From positions 128,001 through 192,000 of the forward strand of contig CBDFFH010000051.1 of the NCBI GenBank assembly GCA_965246715.1: a stretch of DNA of 64,000 nt, read 5' to 3'. The notes under the pieces are model-generated. The model was not told the origin of the DNA and ran no database searches. It saw only the letters and a program-made list of their open reading frames with translations. The position numbers and the translations under genes are program-made. Positions 10,829 through 20,712 of this stretch are shown here, piece by piece. How positions within the stretch are numbered: position 1 is the first letter of the stretch; every line of letters starts with the position of its first letter. The stretch comes from Chamaesiphon sp. (GTDB lineage Bacteria > Cyanobacteriota > Cyanobacteriia > Cyanobacteriales > Chamaesiphonaceae).

Positions 10829-11204
10829 AATCTTCAATCCTGTAGATGTTTAATAATTTGTTCGGGATCGCATTTGCACGATCGGGTTTTGAGTATTACT
10901 GCAAATAGCTCGAATGCACTCATGCTCTCTGCTGGAGGACTCACACATCCAAGATAACCTCGGCAGCAACAGCTTGTTACTGCAATTGTTAGCTGCTTCA
11001 ATTATCTTTATACAATGGTAAAGGGATTCTTATCTATCTGCCATTCTCAAAAGTTAAGATTTTACGATCGTGGACAACAACTGATATGGCAGCGAGGTTG
11101 TAGTGTAAATACTCGATACCATAGTTACACCACGTTGAGGTGGCGATCTCGAAAATTTAGTTGGCGCTAGCTGCAATTTTATTCGCCGAGCTACGAGTGA
11201 GTAC

Positions 11205-11237
11205 AAAAAAGCTAGTTTCCCGATCGGGAAACTAGCT
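11205..11237 (-). terminator. Rho-independent terminator of the ABC operon
   Basis: agctagtttccc-gatc-gggaaactagct hairpin with A-run at 11205-11210 (U-tract on minus strand). Confidence 0.75.
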
Positions 11238-11262
11238 GGTGATTGCTCAAGGTTCAGAGCTG

Positions 11263-12933
11263 CTAACCGTTAGCCAATAACTGCTTGGTTTGTGACTGTC
11301 CAGTAACTTGGAGCTTGCGCTGTAACTGATAAGTCAAACCTGACAATAAGACTAACTGTGCGGCAAAGGTAGCAAGGATCGTACTACCAGCGAGATTGAA
11401 AATGCCGATCGGTGCAAATGGCGAGAATAATAATACGATCGCCGCAATTCCGGTGGGTGTTTGGTTGGGAGACAGGATAAAGGTGCAGCCGAGCGGTAAT
11501 AACATCACTCCTAGCACTATAGCGACGATCCATAAATTGCGCTTCTTGAAGTTGAGGAATAAACCCCAATGTGCGATCGCCGTATAAATCAGAATCAAAC
11601 TAGTACCCACACACAATCCAGCGATAAAGCGGAAGCTAAAACTAAACGCGTTACCCGAGATCAGAACGACTGGAATCCATAATGCGAGCGCTATTCCCAG
11701 ATCGATCGAGATTGCCAGCAATGCGGGGCTTTTATCATTACCGACTAAATCCTGTAACAGATCGCGTTGCCACAGCTTACGTGCTTGAGTGCGGCGTTCG
11801 CGGCGGTAGCGGCTCCAATCTTGGAGCGCTTGCTTGCTAGGCAACAATAGCGGAATTAGGAAAAATAAACCGATGAAATCAAGCGTCGCCCAAGCACTGA
11901 GTTGAGACTTTAGACTATAACCATCTGTTGTTGCTAATGCCGAGATCGCAAAGCCGGCAATCCAAACTTGGAAACAGAAGTTGAGTAAATAACTCTGAAA
12001 TTTAGCAACGACTGTAGCAGTGGGATTTAGATAGCGACGTTCTAAAGCTTGCCAGATCCAGTAAGTTGTTACCAAGCACGAGCCAACGATAAAAGCATAA
12101 AGCCAGAGCGCACTCGCACTAATCGGCAATCCAAACCATCGCAAGATCGATGAATAGGGTTTAATCAGCCATTCGGAACGCTCGATCGTAGCGCTGGCAA
12201 AGGTATTAATCATCAGCACCATCATTCCGGTCGGCCAAGCAACAGCACCAACTGTCAAGATGGCTTGAATCCCGCCGAGTAGAACGTAGAGAGTTGCGGT
12301 ACTCGCCAGTAAAAACCAGCCTGCCCCGATCGTCGCATACCATCCAGCAAGTAGTGGGATACTGGCACCAGCACTAATACCCGCAATGAGGTGCAATGGG
12401 ACCATCAAACTGGCAGCGAGATAGACCAAACTCGGCACGCCCAAGATTTTACCGAGGAAAATCGTGCTTGCCGATTGGGGACTGAGCCGAATAAAGTTCA
12501 GCGTCCCACGCTTTTCTTCTTGGACTAAATCTGCAACCAACAGGTAAACCGTTCCTAAGATTAACCCCATTGCTAACATCCAGCTCAAGCAGACAAATAC
12601 ATCCAACCACCAAGTCTGCCAGTTGATATTAAATGCCAAATTAACGCTCGAGCTTAGAGTACATATGCTCGAGCGAGAATATTCTTCAACTGCTCCTGAT
12701 ACCTTACAATAATGGCTATAGTTTTCCGCTATCTCCGAAGCACCATCTTTAGTAGTATAGGTAATCGGTATGGGAATCTGACTGTTATAGTAAAACCACA
12801 CAAATCCTTGAATTAATATCGCTGTTCCAGTCGCAAGTCCAATATTTTTAAGTGACAGTCGTTCTTTGAGTTCGCGAAAGATCTGTGGGTTCCACTCACC
12901 CAGTCGATCGATTAAATTAGTTGTTTTTGTCAT
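11263..12933 (-). CDS. ABC-2-type transporter permease (cyanobacterial family)
   Basis: WNPQIFRELK, EEKRGTLNFIRLSPQS...GKILGVP; many TM segments; downstream of ABC ATPase. Confidence 0.75.
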   Translation of the reverse strand: MTKTTNLIDRLGEWNPQIFRELKERLSLKNIGLATGTAILIQGFVWFYYNSQIPIPITYTTKDGASEIAENYSHYCKVSGAVEEYSRSSICTLSSSVNLAFNINWQTWWLDVFVCLSWMLAMGLILGTVYLLVADLVQEEKRGTLNFIRLSPQSASTIFLGKILGVPSLVYLAASLMVPLHLIAGISAGASIPLLAGWYATIGAGWFLLASTATLYVLLGGIQAILTVGAVAWPTGMMVLMINTFASATIERSEWLIKPYSSILRWFGLPISASALWLYAFIVGSCLVTTYWIWQALERRYLNPTATVVAKFQSYLLNFCFQVWIAGFAISALATTDGYSLKSQLSAWATLDFIGLFFLIPLLLPSKQALQDWSRYRRERRTQARKLWQRDLLQDLVGNDKSPALLAISIDLGIALALWIPVVLISGNAFSFSFRFIAGLCVGTSLILIYTAIAHWGLFLNFKKRNLWIVAIVLGVMLLPLGCTFILSPNQTPTGIAAIVLLFSPFAPIGIFNLAGSTILATFAAQLVLLSGLTYQLQRKLQVTGQSQTKQLLANG

Positions 12934-13026
12934 AATTCACCTTTACAATCTTAGTAATTAACAGACGATCCAATTGGCGTATTTTTTAAAAAACTATCTT
13001 TTCGGGAGAGAACAGCGATCTGAGCA

Positions 13027-14565
13027 TTATCCACGAACTTGTAATTCTCCAACACGTAATAGTTGATGTTTAAAAAATCTGAGAAATTTCATCGATATCC
13101 ATACTTGCGATAACATAGTTATGCCGATCGTCAGCAGCGATAATTGAGAGATGCCGAACCAGAAAAATGGTGAGAATAATAATCCGATGCAGCCGATATC
13201 TTTGTAAAGATGATGTGATTGCCAGCTTGTCATAAACATCCATCCAAAGATTAGTGGGATCAATGACATCAATAAAAACAGTGGAAGGATCCCGCTATTT
13301 TTGATTTGAGCTTGTAAAACCATCTGTTGCGCGACGATCGTATAGATCAGTGAGAGGAGAGTCGCGATCGCGAGACCGAACATGAATTTTATACATAAAT
13401 CGAGATTGTGCGAGACAATAAATGTACCGATGGCTAATCCACCCCAGCAGATTGCGGCAATTGCTAAATTGATTAGCACTGCTAAAATTACTGGACTGCG
13501 ATCGTGCCACATTAATTCCTGAATTAAGTCCGGATCTCGCCAATTAAATCGGTGTCGATCGGGATATTTTTCCAGCCACGATCGCATCCACTCATGCAGC
13601 GATTTATGGCTTGGTAAAATTAGGGGAATCAGCCACACGAGCGAGAAAGCACCGAGTGATTGAAATATCCCTAGCACCATCAAGTTAAGATCGGCTGATG
13701 TAGAGTTGAGATGTGGTAGGGCAAACCCAATCAGCCATACCTGAACGATCGCATTTATTTGGTAACTATGTTGTTTCTCAATTACAGTACTGTTGGAATT
13801 GAGATATTTACGATCGATCGCGATCCATAGCCAATTACTGAGCGTGAGTAAGGTAACACAGCTAAACAAATCGGCCAGCCAAATATTATTACTAATCGGT
13901 AAGTAAAACCAGGTATATGCAGGTGGATCGATCGTCATCCACGATTGTTTACCGATCGCGGCAGTTAAGTACCGATCGTAAACACCGATCGCACTGATAA
14001 TCGGCCAAGAGGTTAATGCTGCAAATAAAATTGCGCGGTTACCACCATATAAAATATATAAACTAGTAACGATCGTGCAAAAGTAACCAAACACACCAAT
14101 CGTCACATACCAAGCTAACATCAGCCCCAGATTTGCCCCAATTGCGAGCGCCAGACTTAAATGCAGCGGCACGAAAGAGAGTATTGCCAGATAGACTAAA
14201 CTCGGAACTCCCAGAAGCTTACCGTGGAAAATACTTTTCCCAGACTGTGGACTAGATCGAATAAATTCAAAAGTGCCGCTTTTTCGCTCGTGATTGATGT
14301 CAGTAATTAGTGCATAAATGCCACCAACGATCGCGATCGTTGGCAACAGCCAATTTAAAGCATGAAAGCCACTATAAAACCTTTCGTCCTCTACCTTACC
14401 ACTGAATAACCATAGAACAGTAAGTGCCTGGACGAGACTAGCAGCAACTAAAATGACAGTTATGCTAGTATTGGTAAATTTACCATTTATCTCTCGTAAT
14501 AACTGTGGATTCCAATCGCCGATCCGCTCGGTAAATTTTGCTAGCTTCATCTTATCTATCCACAT
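13027..14565 (-). CDS. ABC-2-type transporter permease, paralog of the adjacent gene
   Basis: WNPQLLREI, ERKSGTFEFIRSSPQS...GKLLGVP; multi-TM. Confidence 0.75.
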   Translation of the reverse strand: MWIDKMKLAKFTERIGDWNPQLLREINGKFTNTSITVILVAASLVQALTVLWLFSGKVEDERFYSGFHALNWLLPTIAIVGGIYALITDINHERKSGTFEFIRSSPQSGKSIFHGKLLGVPSLVYLAILSFVPLHLSLALAIGANLGLMLAWYVTIGVFGYFCTIVTSLYILYGGNRAILFAALTSWPIISAIGVYDRYLTAAIGKQSWMTIDPPAYTWFYLPISNNIWLADLFSCVTLLTLSNWLWIAIDRKYLNSNSTVIEKQHSYQINAIVQVWLIGFALPHLNSTSADLNLMVLGIFQSLGAFSLVWLIPLILPSHKSLHEWMRSWLEKYPDRHRFNWRDPDLIQELMWHDRSPVILAVLINLAIAAICWGGLAIGTFIVSHNLDLCIKFMFGLAIATLLSLIYTIVAQQMVLQAQIKNSGILPLFLLMSLIPLIFGWMFMTSWQSHHLYKDIGCIGLLFSPFFWFGISQLSLLTIGITMLSQVWISMKFLRFFKHQLLRVGELQVRG

Positions 14566-14578
14566 CTCAACTACATTA

Positions 14579-15529
14579 CTAAGAAGCCTGTTGATGTCCT
14601 AATTTTAAGAAAATAGTTTCGAGATCTTCTTGCGTACATTGGAAATTAGTAATCGGTAATTGGGCGTGAATTAACGCTTTCAATAACTCTGCTGCATCCT
14701 CCTCAGTACCTGCAAATCCAAACCTGATTTGATTCGTGCCTACTAATAATTCGACTTCGGAAATGAGGGAATTACCTTTTAATTCACGCTTGAGTTTTTC
14801 TAAATCGCCTAATGTCCCGATCGTAATTTGCTGACGACTCAACCGTTGATAGAGATCTTGGAGCCGACAACTTTCAACCAAAAAGCCTAACTCCATAATC
14901 CCCACTGACGTACAAAGTTCGGCTAAGTCACTTAAGACGTGGGACGAAATCAATACCGTCATGCCAGCTTCTTGGAGCGTCTTAATAATCTGGCGAAACT
15001 GCATCCGCGCGATCGGATCTAATCCCGATACAGGTTCATCTAATAATAGTAAAATCGGCTCGTGAATAATCGTCCGTGCCAGACTCAACCGCTGTTTCAT
15101 CCCCCGCGAGAGCGTAGCAATCTTACTATTGCGCTTGGTGCTCAGTTGCACCAACTCGAGCACATCATACAACCGTCGTTGACGACGTTCGGCTGTGAGT
15201 TTATATAGCCTAGCAAAATAATCGAGATAATCCCAAACTGTGAGGTCGTCATACAAGGGAAAATCATCGGGTAGATACCCTAGCAATCGCTTAAGATTGG
15301 CGTTACTGCGATCGCGCAGCAATCGTTCGCCATTAATGTAGATCTCGCCCACTGTCGGCTCTTCAGCGGCAGCGAGCATCCGCATCAGGGTCGTTTTTCC
15401 GGCACCATTCGGGCCGATCAATCCATAGACTTCCCCTGCTTGGACTTCCAGTTCTACGCCATGTACGGCAATATGTCGATCGAATTGTTTGGTTAAGTCT
15501 TCTGTCCGAATTGCCAATTCTGTCGCCAT
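14579..15529 (-). CDS. ABC transporter ATP-binding protein
   Basis: GPNGAGKTT, LSRGMKQR, LLLLDEP, SSH. Confidence 0.93.
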   Translation of the reverse strand: MATELAIRTEDLTKQFDRHIAVHGVELEVQAGEVYGLIGPNGAGKTTLMRMLAAAEEPTVGEIYINGERLLRDRSNANLKRLLGYLPDDFPLYDDLTVWDYLDYFARLYKLTAERRQRRLYDVLELVQLSTKRNSKIATLSRGMKQRLSLARTIIHEPILLLLDEPVSGLDPIARMQFRQIIKTLQEAGMTVLISSHVLSDLAELCTSVGIMELGFLVESCRLQDLYQRLSRQQITIGTLGDLEKLKRELKGNSLISEVELLVGTNQIRFGFAGTEEDAAELLKALIHAQLPITNFQCTQEDLETIFLKLGHQQAS

Positions 15530-15927
15530 AAGTCAAGAGCAGTGCGGTATTAGTGTTATTGTACCCAGATCGAGTTGCCAGATAAAGCTTCGTGCGAACA
15601 CGCGCTCTCTTTTAGATACAATCGCTAAACTACCAGTTACGGAAATTTGCCGAGCGATTGTATCGCTCTTATTCAAATTAATGCTTGGTAGCAGAACCAG
15701 ATAAGACACTCGCGATCGAATCGAGGTTTAGCAGGAGCGGTTTCCAATCAAATGAGGAACATTTACTAGCCGCCAGCCTGTCGGTGAGCGAAGTCGAACC
15801 GCTAGCCACTAAAACCACTAATAATGCAGCAATTCTCATTATGGAATTTCAACTGGTATTGAGGGGTAAATCTAGCTCTAGACCTTGAATCCTAAAAGTG
15901 AGGAGGCGATGCTGCGCCCCTTACTCT

Positions 15928-16089
15928 TTCTTTAACTAGCCTGCCAACATGTCGTTCGCTGATAGTCTCGACAATCCCTTGTTGGATCATTTCTAGAGCT
16001 AATTCTCGTGCACTCCAATGACTTAATGGACGGTTGTATTTCTCCGGTGGCTCGCAGGCTAGGGCATATAACTGGGTAATCTGTTCCAT
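15928..16089 (-). pseudogene. IS630-family transposase fragment (HTH region)
   Basis: EQITQLYALACEPPEKYNRPLSHWSARELALEMIQQGIVETISERHVGRLVKE, typical IS630 winged-HTH segment; no DDE domain. Confidence 0.75.
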
Positions 16090-16445
16090 TGGACTTTGGA
16101 CAAGATTGAGACTGAAAAGGGAGGAAAGCCAGATCGAAAAGGATATCGAAGAGGGGCACGCCATAATTGAAAATGATTCAAAACCGCATTCTATCATCGA
16201 TCGAAAAACAGTAGTAAAACAGTAACTTTCGTCACATTGAAAGGGCTGGGTGGGCACTGCCCACAGATTATATGTGGTCGAAGGACTAAGAACTTAAACT
16301 GTTTTATTCGATCGAGTAATATCTTCAATCTTCATCCTACTTTTTCAGACTTTCGATCGCGAATAAACTCCCAACGCGATCCGACTGACAATAGTTGTGG
16401 AGAAATTTATAGTAGAAGCAACCACCACATACCGACAGGTGAATC

Positions 16446-17360
16446 ATGGTTTTGCTCATCTCCACTAGCATCGATCGATCGATCGACTTTGACTTCGATC
16501 GAATCATAAATCCACTCGTCGATACTTATTTAAAGCTAGATTGTTTACGAGGTCGCATTCAAGATTTACCACAACAATTTATCGCTCCGAAACCGCGTAG
16601 ATGGGCATCTATTGATTGGCAAAGTATTAATTCCCATCAGATTATCGGGATCGAACCAGAACTATTTTTAGCAATCCTCAAAGGCTCGATCGATACAGAG
16701 GCACCAATTCGCGGCTATACCCAAACTAGTCGGCAATATCTGGCACCGATTCATCCGCAAATGGCAAAATTTGTTGGCGGTGCTATTGATGAGGTTGGGA
16801 GCCTGCACAGAGGGTTGTGGGAACTAGAAGAATGCCGTCATACACCAGCTCTGCTTGCCATCTATCGGCAACTCAGCGGCGAAAAAATCAAACCAACAGT
16901 CAAACAAGCACGTCCGTATCAACCTACTGATTGTGCCAGTCGCGATCTGTATCGGCATGGTTTGCATCGAATTCTTACCGAGTATGGGGCTACCTGTTTA
17001 TATTTGTGGCTGATGGGGCATTCTACAGGTATGCTGCGACAAATCTTGGGTGAATTAGTCACGGATGAAGTCAATCATTTGACTAAATTCTGGGGCTTTG
17101 GTGTGTGGTTGTATCCCCAGCCACAGGGATCGCGATTTATCTACAGTTGTCAACAGCTATTGTCAGATCGCTCGCATGGGAATAACCTACTCAAAACATA
17201 TCGACGCATGATGTCTGTCCTCCACTGGAATAAGTGGCAGTGGCAACATCGCCGCGAAATAATTTATACCTTTTATCTAGTAATGCACCAGCTTTTAATT
17301 TGGCATCAAACTTTAAGTATTGCCAATTTAGAACATCTTTTCGGAGCATCGATCGATTAG
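16446..17360 (+). CDS. Ferritin-like di-iron domain protein
   Basis: DTEAPIRGY, WELEECRH, TEYGA, DEVNH (two ExxH motifs). Confidence 0.75.
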   Translation: MVLLISTSIDRSIDFDFDRIINPLVDTYLKLDCLRGRIQDLPQQFIAPKPRRWASIDWQSINSHQIIGIEPELFLAILKGSIDTEAPIRGYTQTSRQYLAPIHPQMAKFVGGAIDEVGSLHRGLWELEECRHTPALLAIYRQLSGEKIKPTVKQARPYQPTDCASRDLYRHGLHRILTEYGATCLYLWLMGHSTGMLRQILGELVTDEVNHLTKFWGFGVWLYPQPQGSRFIYSCQQLLSDRSHGNNLLKTYRRMMSVLHWNKWQWQHRREIIYTFYLVMHQLLIWHQTLSIANLEHLFGASID

Positions 17361-17385
17361 AAAACAAATAACAACTAAAAATCGG

Positions 17386-18129
17386 ATGAGTACTCAATTA
17401 ATTACTAAACTGCCCGCAATTTTAGATCCGACCAAAATGCCCCAACACATCGCCGCGATCGCGGATGGCAATGGTAGGTGGGCAAAACAACAAGGATTGC
17501 CGCGTATCGCCGGACACCAGCAGGGTGCGGCAACAGTAAAATCATTACTATATTGTTGTCGGGATTGGGGGATTGCTAATTTTAGCCTCTACGCTTTCTC
17601 GACTGAAAACTGGGGGAGACCAGCGGCTGAAGTCGATTTTTTGATGCGCTTATTTGAAGGATTATTAGATAGCGAATTAGCCCAAATGCACGCGGAAGGC
17701 GTACGGATTCGGTTTCTGGGCGATCGATCGCAAGTCCCGATCTCGCTGCAAAAGATGATGGATAAATCGATCGAGAAAACCACTGACAATAAAGGTGTTA
17801 CCTTTAATATTGCGATTAATTATGGCAGCCGTCATGAAATCCTACAGGCATGTAGATCGATCGCCGAACGTGTTCGGTTAGGTGAATTAAATCCTCAAGA
17901 TATTAATGAGTCGATGTTCTCACAATATTTAGATACACAAGGATTACCCGACCCAGATTTATTGATTAGGACTAGTGGCGAACAGCGGCTGAGTAACTTT
18001 TTATTATGGCAACTCGCCTATACTGAAATCTATATCAGCGATACTCATTGGCCGGCATTTAGTACCGATGAATTTGCCGATGCGATCGCCGATTATCAAC
18101 AACGTCATCGGCGGTTTGGGAAGGTTTAA
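17386..18129 (+). CDS. uppS: cis-Prenyltransferase (undecaprenyl diphosphate synthase family)
   Basis: DGNGRWA, FSTENWGR, NYGSR, IRTSGEQRLSNFLLWQ, RRFG. Confidence 0.93.
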   Translation: MSTQLITKLPAILDPTKMPQHIAAIADGNGRWAKQQGLPRIAGHQQGAATVKSLLYCCRDWGIANFSLYAFSTENWGRPAAEVDFLMRLFEGLLDSELAQMHAEGVRIRFLGDRSQVPISLQKMMDKSIEKTTDNKGVTFNIAINYGSRHEILQACRSIAERVRLGELNPQDINESMFSQYLDTQGLPDPDLLIRTSGEQRLSNFLLWQLAYTEIYISDTHWPAFSTDEFADAIADYQQRHRRFGKV

Positions 18130-18173
18130 GGGTAACTCGATCGAATCCCTTCCTTGTTTAGTTCTAGTTAGTC

Positions 18174-18620
18174 ATGAATAGCATCGATCGAACTTCACGA
18201 AATTTATGGGTAGGGATTGGTTGTCAGCGGGGGGTGAGTAAACTGGCGATCGAAAAGGCGATCGAGTCTATATTCACCGAGTACGATCTCGATCTTGCCA
18301 CAATTGTTGGGATTGCGACGATCGATCTCAAGGCTGATGAGGTCGGATTGGTCGATTATTGTCGCGAATCGGGATTGTTTTTAAAAACTTATAGCGCAGA
18401 ACGGCTAAATTCCGTTAGTGTCGATCGTGAAGACTGCGTGGCGCGAGATCGAGCGGCGCTCTTAGTTTCAGCGTTGGTCGGGACTCCTAGTGTCGCTGAA
18501 GCAGCGGCTTTAGCTGCAGCGCAAACTGATATTTTGTTAGTATCAAAACAAAAATTTCAATTAGATAATGCATCTAAATTAGTAACTCTTGCAGTTGCCA
18601 AAGTAGATCCCTCTAAATAG
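18174..18620 (+). CDS. Cobalamin biosynthesis CbiG C-terminal/CobE-like protein
   Basis: VGIGCQRG, ATIDLKADE, GTPSVAEAAAL. Confidence 0.8.
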   Translation: MNSIDRTSRNLWVGIGCQRGVSKLAIEKAIESIFTEYDLDLATIVGIATIDLKADEVGLVDYCRESGLFLKTYSAERLNSVSVDREDCVARDRAALLVSALVGTPSVAEAAALAAAQTDILLVSKQKFQLDNASKLVTLAVAKVDPSK

Positions 18621-18683
18621 AATAGACAGCAAAAATCGGCGCTGCTGTATACAAAGATGATTTACCATTGTTTCGATCGCTAA

Positions 18684-18727
18684 AATTTAGAGTAGGGGCA
18701 ATTCATGAATTGCCCCTACTCTAAATT
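18684..18727. repeat. Perfect 44-bp palindrome with GTAGGGGC...GCCCCTAC REP-like core; probable bidirectional terminator
   Basis: aatttagagtaggggcaattcatgaattgcccctactctaaatt between convergent genes. Confidence 0.75.
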
Positions 18728-18789
18728 CATACCTCAATCCAGCAACACCCAATTTTTTAAATTAACAACTTATCAGCATACCTACCAAA

Positions 18790-19869
18790 TTATTTCGCTG
18801 CTAATTCCACACCAAATACCTGTGCGAAGACTTTGTTTACCTTCGAGCCAGAATCGATCGATTCCAATGGATCTTTCCGCAACCGATGGCGCAGACAGAG
18901 GGCGATAATGCGTTTGATATCATCGATCGTGACCTCAGTGCGACCCTCAAAGGCTGCTAAAGCCTTGGCAGCGCGATTGGTGACGATATCACCGCGCAGT
19001 CCATCGACATCACATTCCGAGCAGACTTGGGAGATTTTCACGCGCAGGTCGTAGTCGAGATTGACAGTGGGTAGTCTGGTTTGAGCATCAACGATCCGCT
19101 GTTGGAGCGATACCTGTTCCGATTGATAATCGGTGGTGAACTTGTGCGGCTCGCGATCGAAATCCGATCGCTGTTCGACGATTTGCACCCGGAGTTCTGG
19201 CTCTTTAACTGTGCGAATTTCTGCGTGCATTCCAAACCTGTCGAGTAATTGCGGACGCAATTCACCTTCTTCAGGATTTCCCGAACCGACTAACACAAAA
19301 CGCGCGGGGTGACGAATCGAAATCCCTTCACGTTCGACGGTATTCCAACCGCTAGCTGCGGAATCTAGCAACACATCGACAAGGTGATCGTCGAGTAGAT
19401 TGACTTCATCCACATATAAGATGCCGCGATTGGCTTTAGCCAGCAATCCTGGTTCAAAAGCTTTGACACCTTCAGAGAGTGCTTTTTCAATATCGATCGT
19501 TCCACACACCCGATCCTCGGTCGCACCTAATGGTAGATCCACCATCGGTACATTTTTTTTAGCGACGGGGAAAGTTGCATGAGTCGATAGAAACTCAGAT
19601 CGCAGTTCCTCACTCATCAGATCGGGGTCGCTCGGATGGCTATTGAAAGGATCTCCAGCGACGACATCGATTTCTGGGAGTAGATCTGCGAGTGCGCGAA
19701 TAGTAGTAGACTTACCCGTACCACGATCGCCCATGATCATTACCCCACCGATAAAGGGGTCGATGACATTCAATAACAGAGCTAATTTCATTTCCTCTTG
19801 CCCCACAATGGCAGTAAACGGAAATACAACCCGACGCGCTGTAGCGGGCGATTGGACAGTAGCAGCCAC
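18790..19869 (-). CDS. chlI: Magnesium chelatase ATPase subunit I
   Basis: [47 protein letters not shown]. Confidence 0.96.
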   Translation of the reverse strand: MAATVQSPATARRVVFPFTAIVGQEEMKLALLLNVIDPFIGGVMIMGDRGTGKSTTIRALADLLPEIDVVAGDPFNSHPSDPDLMSEELRSEFLSTHATFPVAKKNVPMVDLPLGATEDRVCGTIDIEKALSEGVKAFEPGLLAKANRGILYVDEVNLLDDHLVDVLLDSAASGWNTVEREGISIRHPARFVLVGSGNPEEGELRPQLLDRFGMHAEIRTVKEPELRVQIVEQRSDFDREPHKFTTDYQSEQVSLQQRIVDAQTRLPTVNLDYDLRVKISQVCSECDVDGLRGDIVTNRAAKALAAFEGRTEVTIDDIKRIIALCLRHRLRKDPLESIDSGSKVNKVFAQVFGVELAAK

Positions 19870-20124
19870 GGTGATTACCTATTTTAAATAATTTTCTTAT
19901 CGCCCTTTATTATAGAGGTTCGCGGCACGAGAGCCTAGCTACCTACAACTCAAGCGGTTAAAACCGCTGCTCGTGCTGCAAAGTCCGCCTTCGCGGACTT
20001 TGGATCGCTAGTTGGCATTCTAGTAAGTAGCAACTTGGGCTAGCTACTAATTTGTCATCTCAGCACTCGATCGCAATTCATGAGATTATCCGAAGAGATA
20101 GATCGTCACTGAGATTCGGTAACT

Positions 20125-20712
20125 GTGAAATTCAAACTCTTCGATCGCGCAGCCCTAATTAGATTGGGTATTCTCGCCCTAATAATTATCGCACTGCTAA
20201 TCTTTGGCTGGTCGTTGATGGTGTGGATGCCAGGAGAGAGTTTGGGTAGCTCGGTTTATGCTCGCCAAGCCAAGCAACGCGGCGATAAAATTGTGGGGAT
20301 GTTTAGTTTAGAAACATTGGGTTACTACTCAGATAAAGCCGATAGCCAACAATATCCACCACCCTTAAATTTGTTATATCCAAATCGGGGCAACTTCCTG
20401 GGATTTGTCGGAAATATTGAATCGCGGGAATTACTCCGCAATACGATTCGATCGTTTCGCGCTCAAGCTAAATTTCCGTCCGAAGGCGCGGCTTTACCAA
20501 ATGCTTTACAGGGAGTTGGTTGGTCTGACCATTGGGCATTTTGGCAGCAAGGTTATCAAGCAATTATGATTACTGATACTGCTACTTTTCGCTATCCGTA
20601 TTACCATACGCTAGATGATACTGTAGCCAAGATCGACTTTGAGAAATTAGCCAGAGTAGTAAGTGGTATAAGTAACGTAATTCGAGATTTTGGTGGAATT
20701 CAACCGAATTAA
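20125..20712 (+). CDS. M28-family peptidase with large in-frame internal deletion (probably inactive)
   Basis: N-terminal TM ending MPGES joined directly to LGSSVYAR; retains SLETLGYY, SDHWAFW, YYHTLDD but lacks the AHYD, DDNASG and EE zinc motifs. Confidence 0.65.
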   Translation: MKFKLFDRAALIRLGILALIIIALLIFGWSLMVWMPGESLGSSVYARQAKQRGDKIVGMFSLETLGYYSDKADSQQYPPPLNLLYPNRGNFLGFVGNIESRELLRNTIRSFRAQAKFPSEGAALPNALQGVGWSDHWAFWQQGYQAIMITDTATFRYPYYHTLDDTVAKIDFEKLARVVSGISNVIRDFGGIQPN

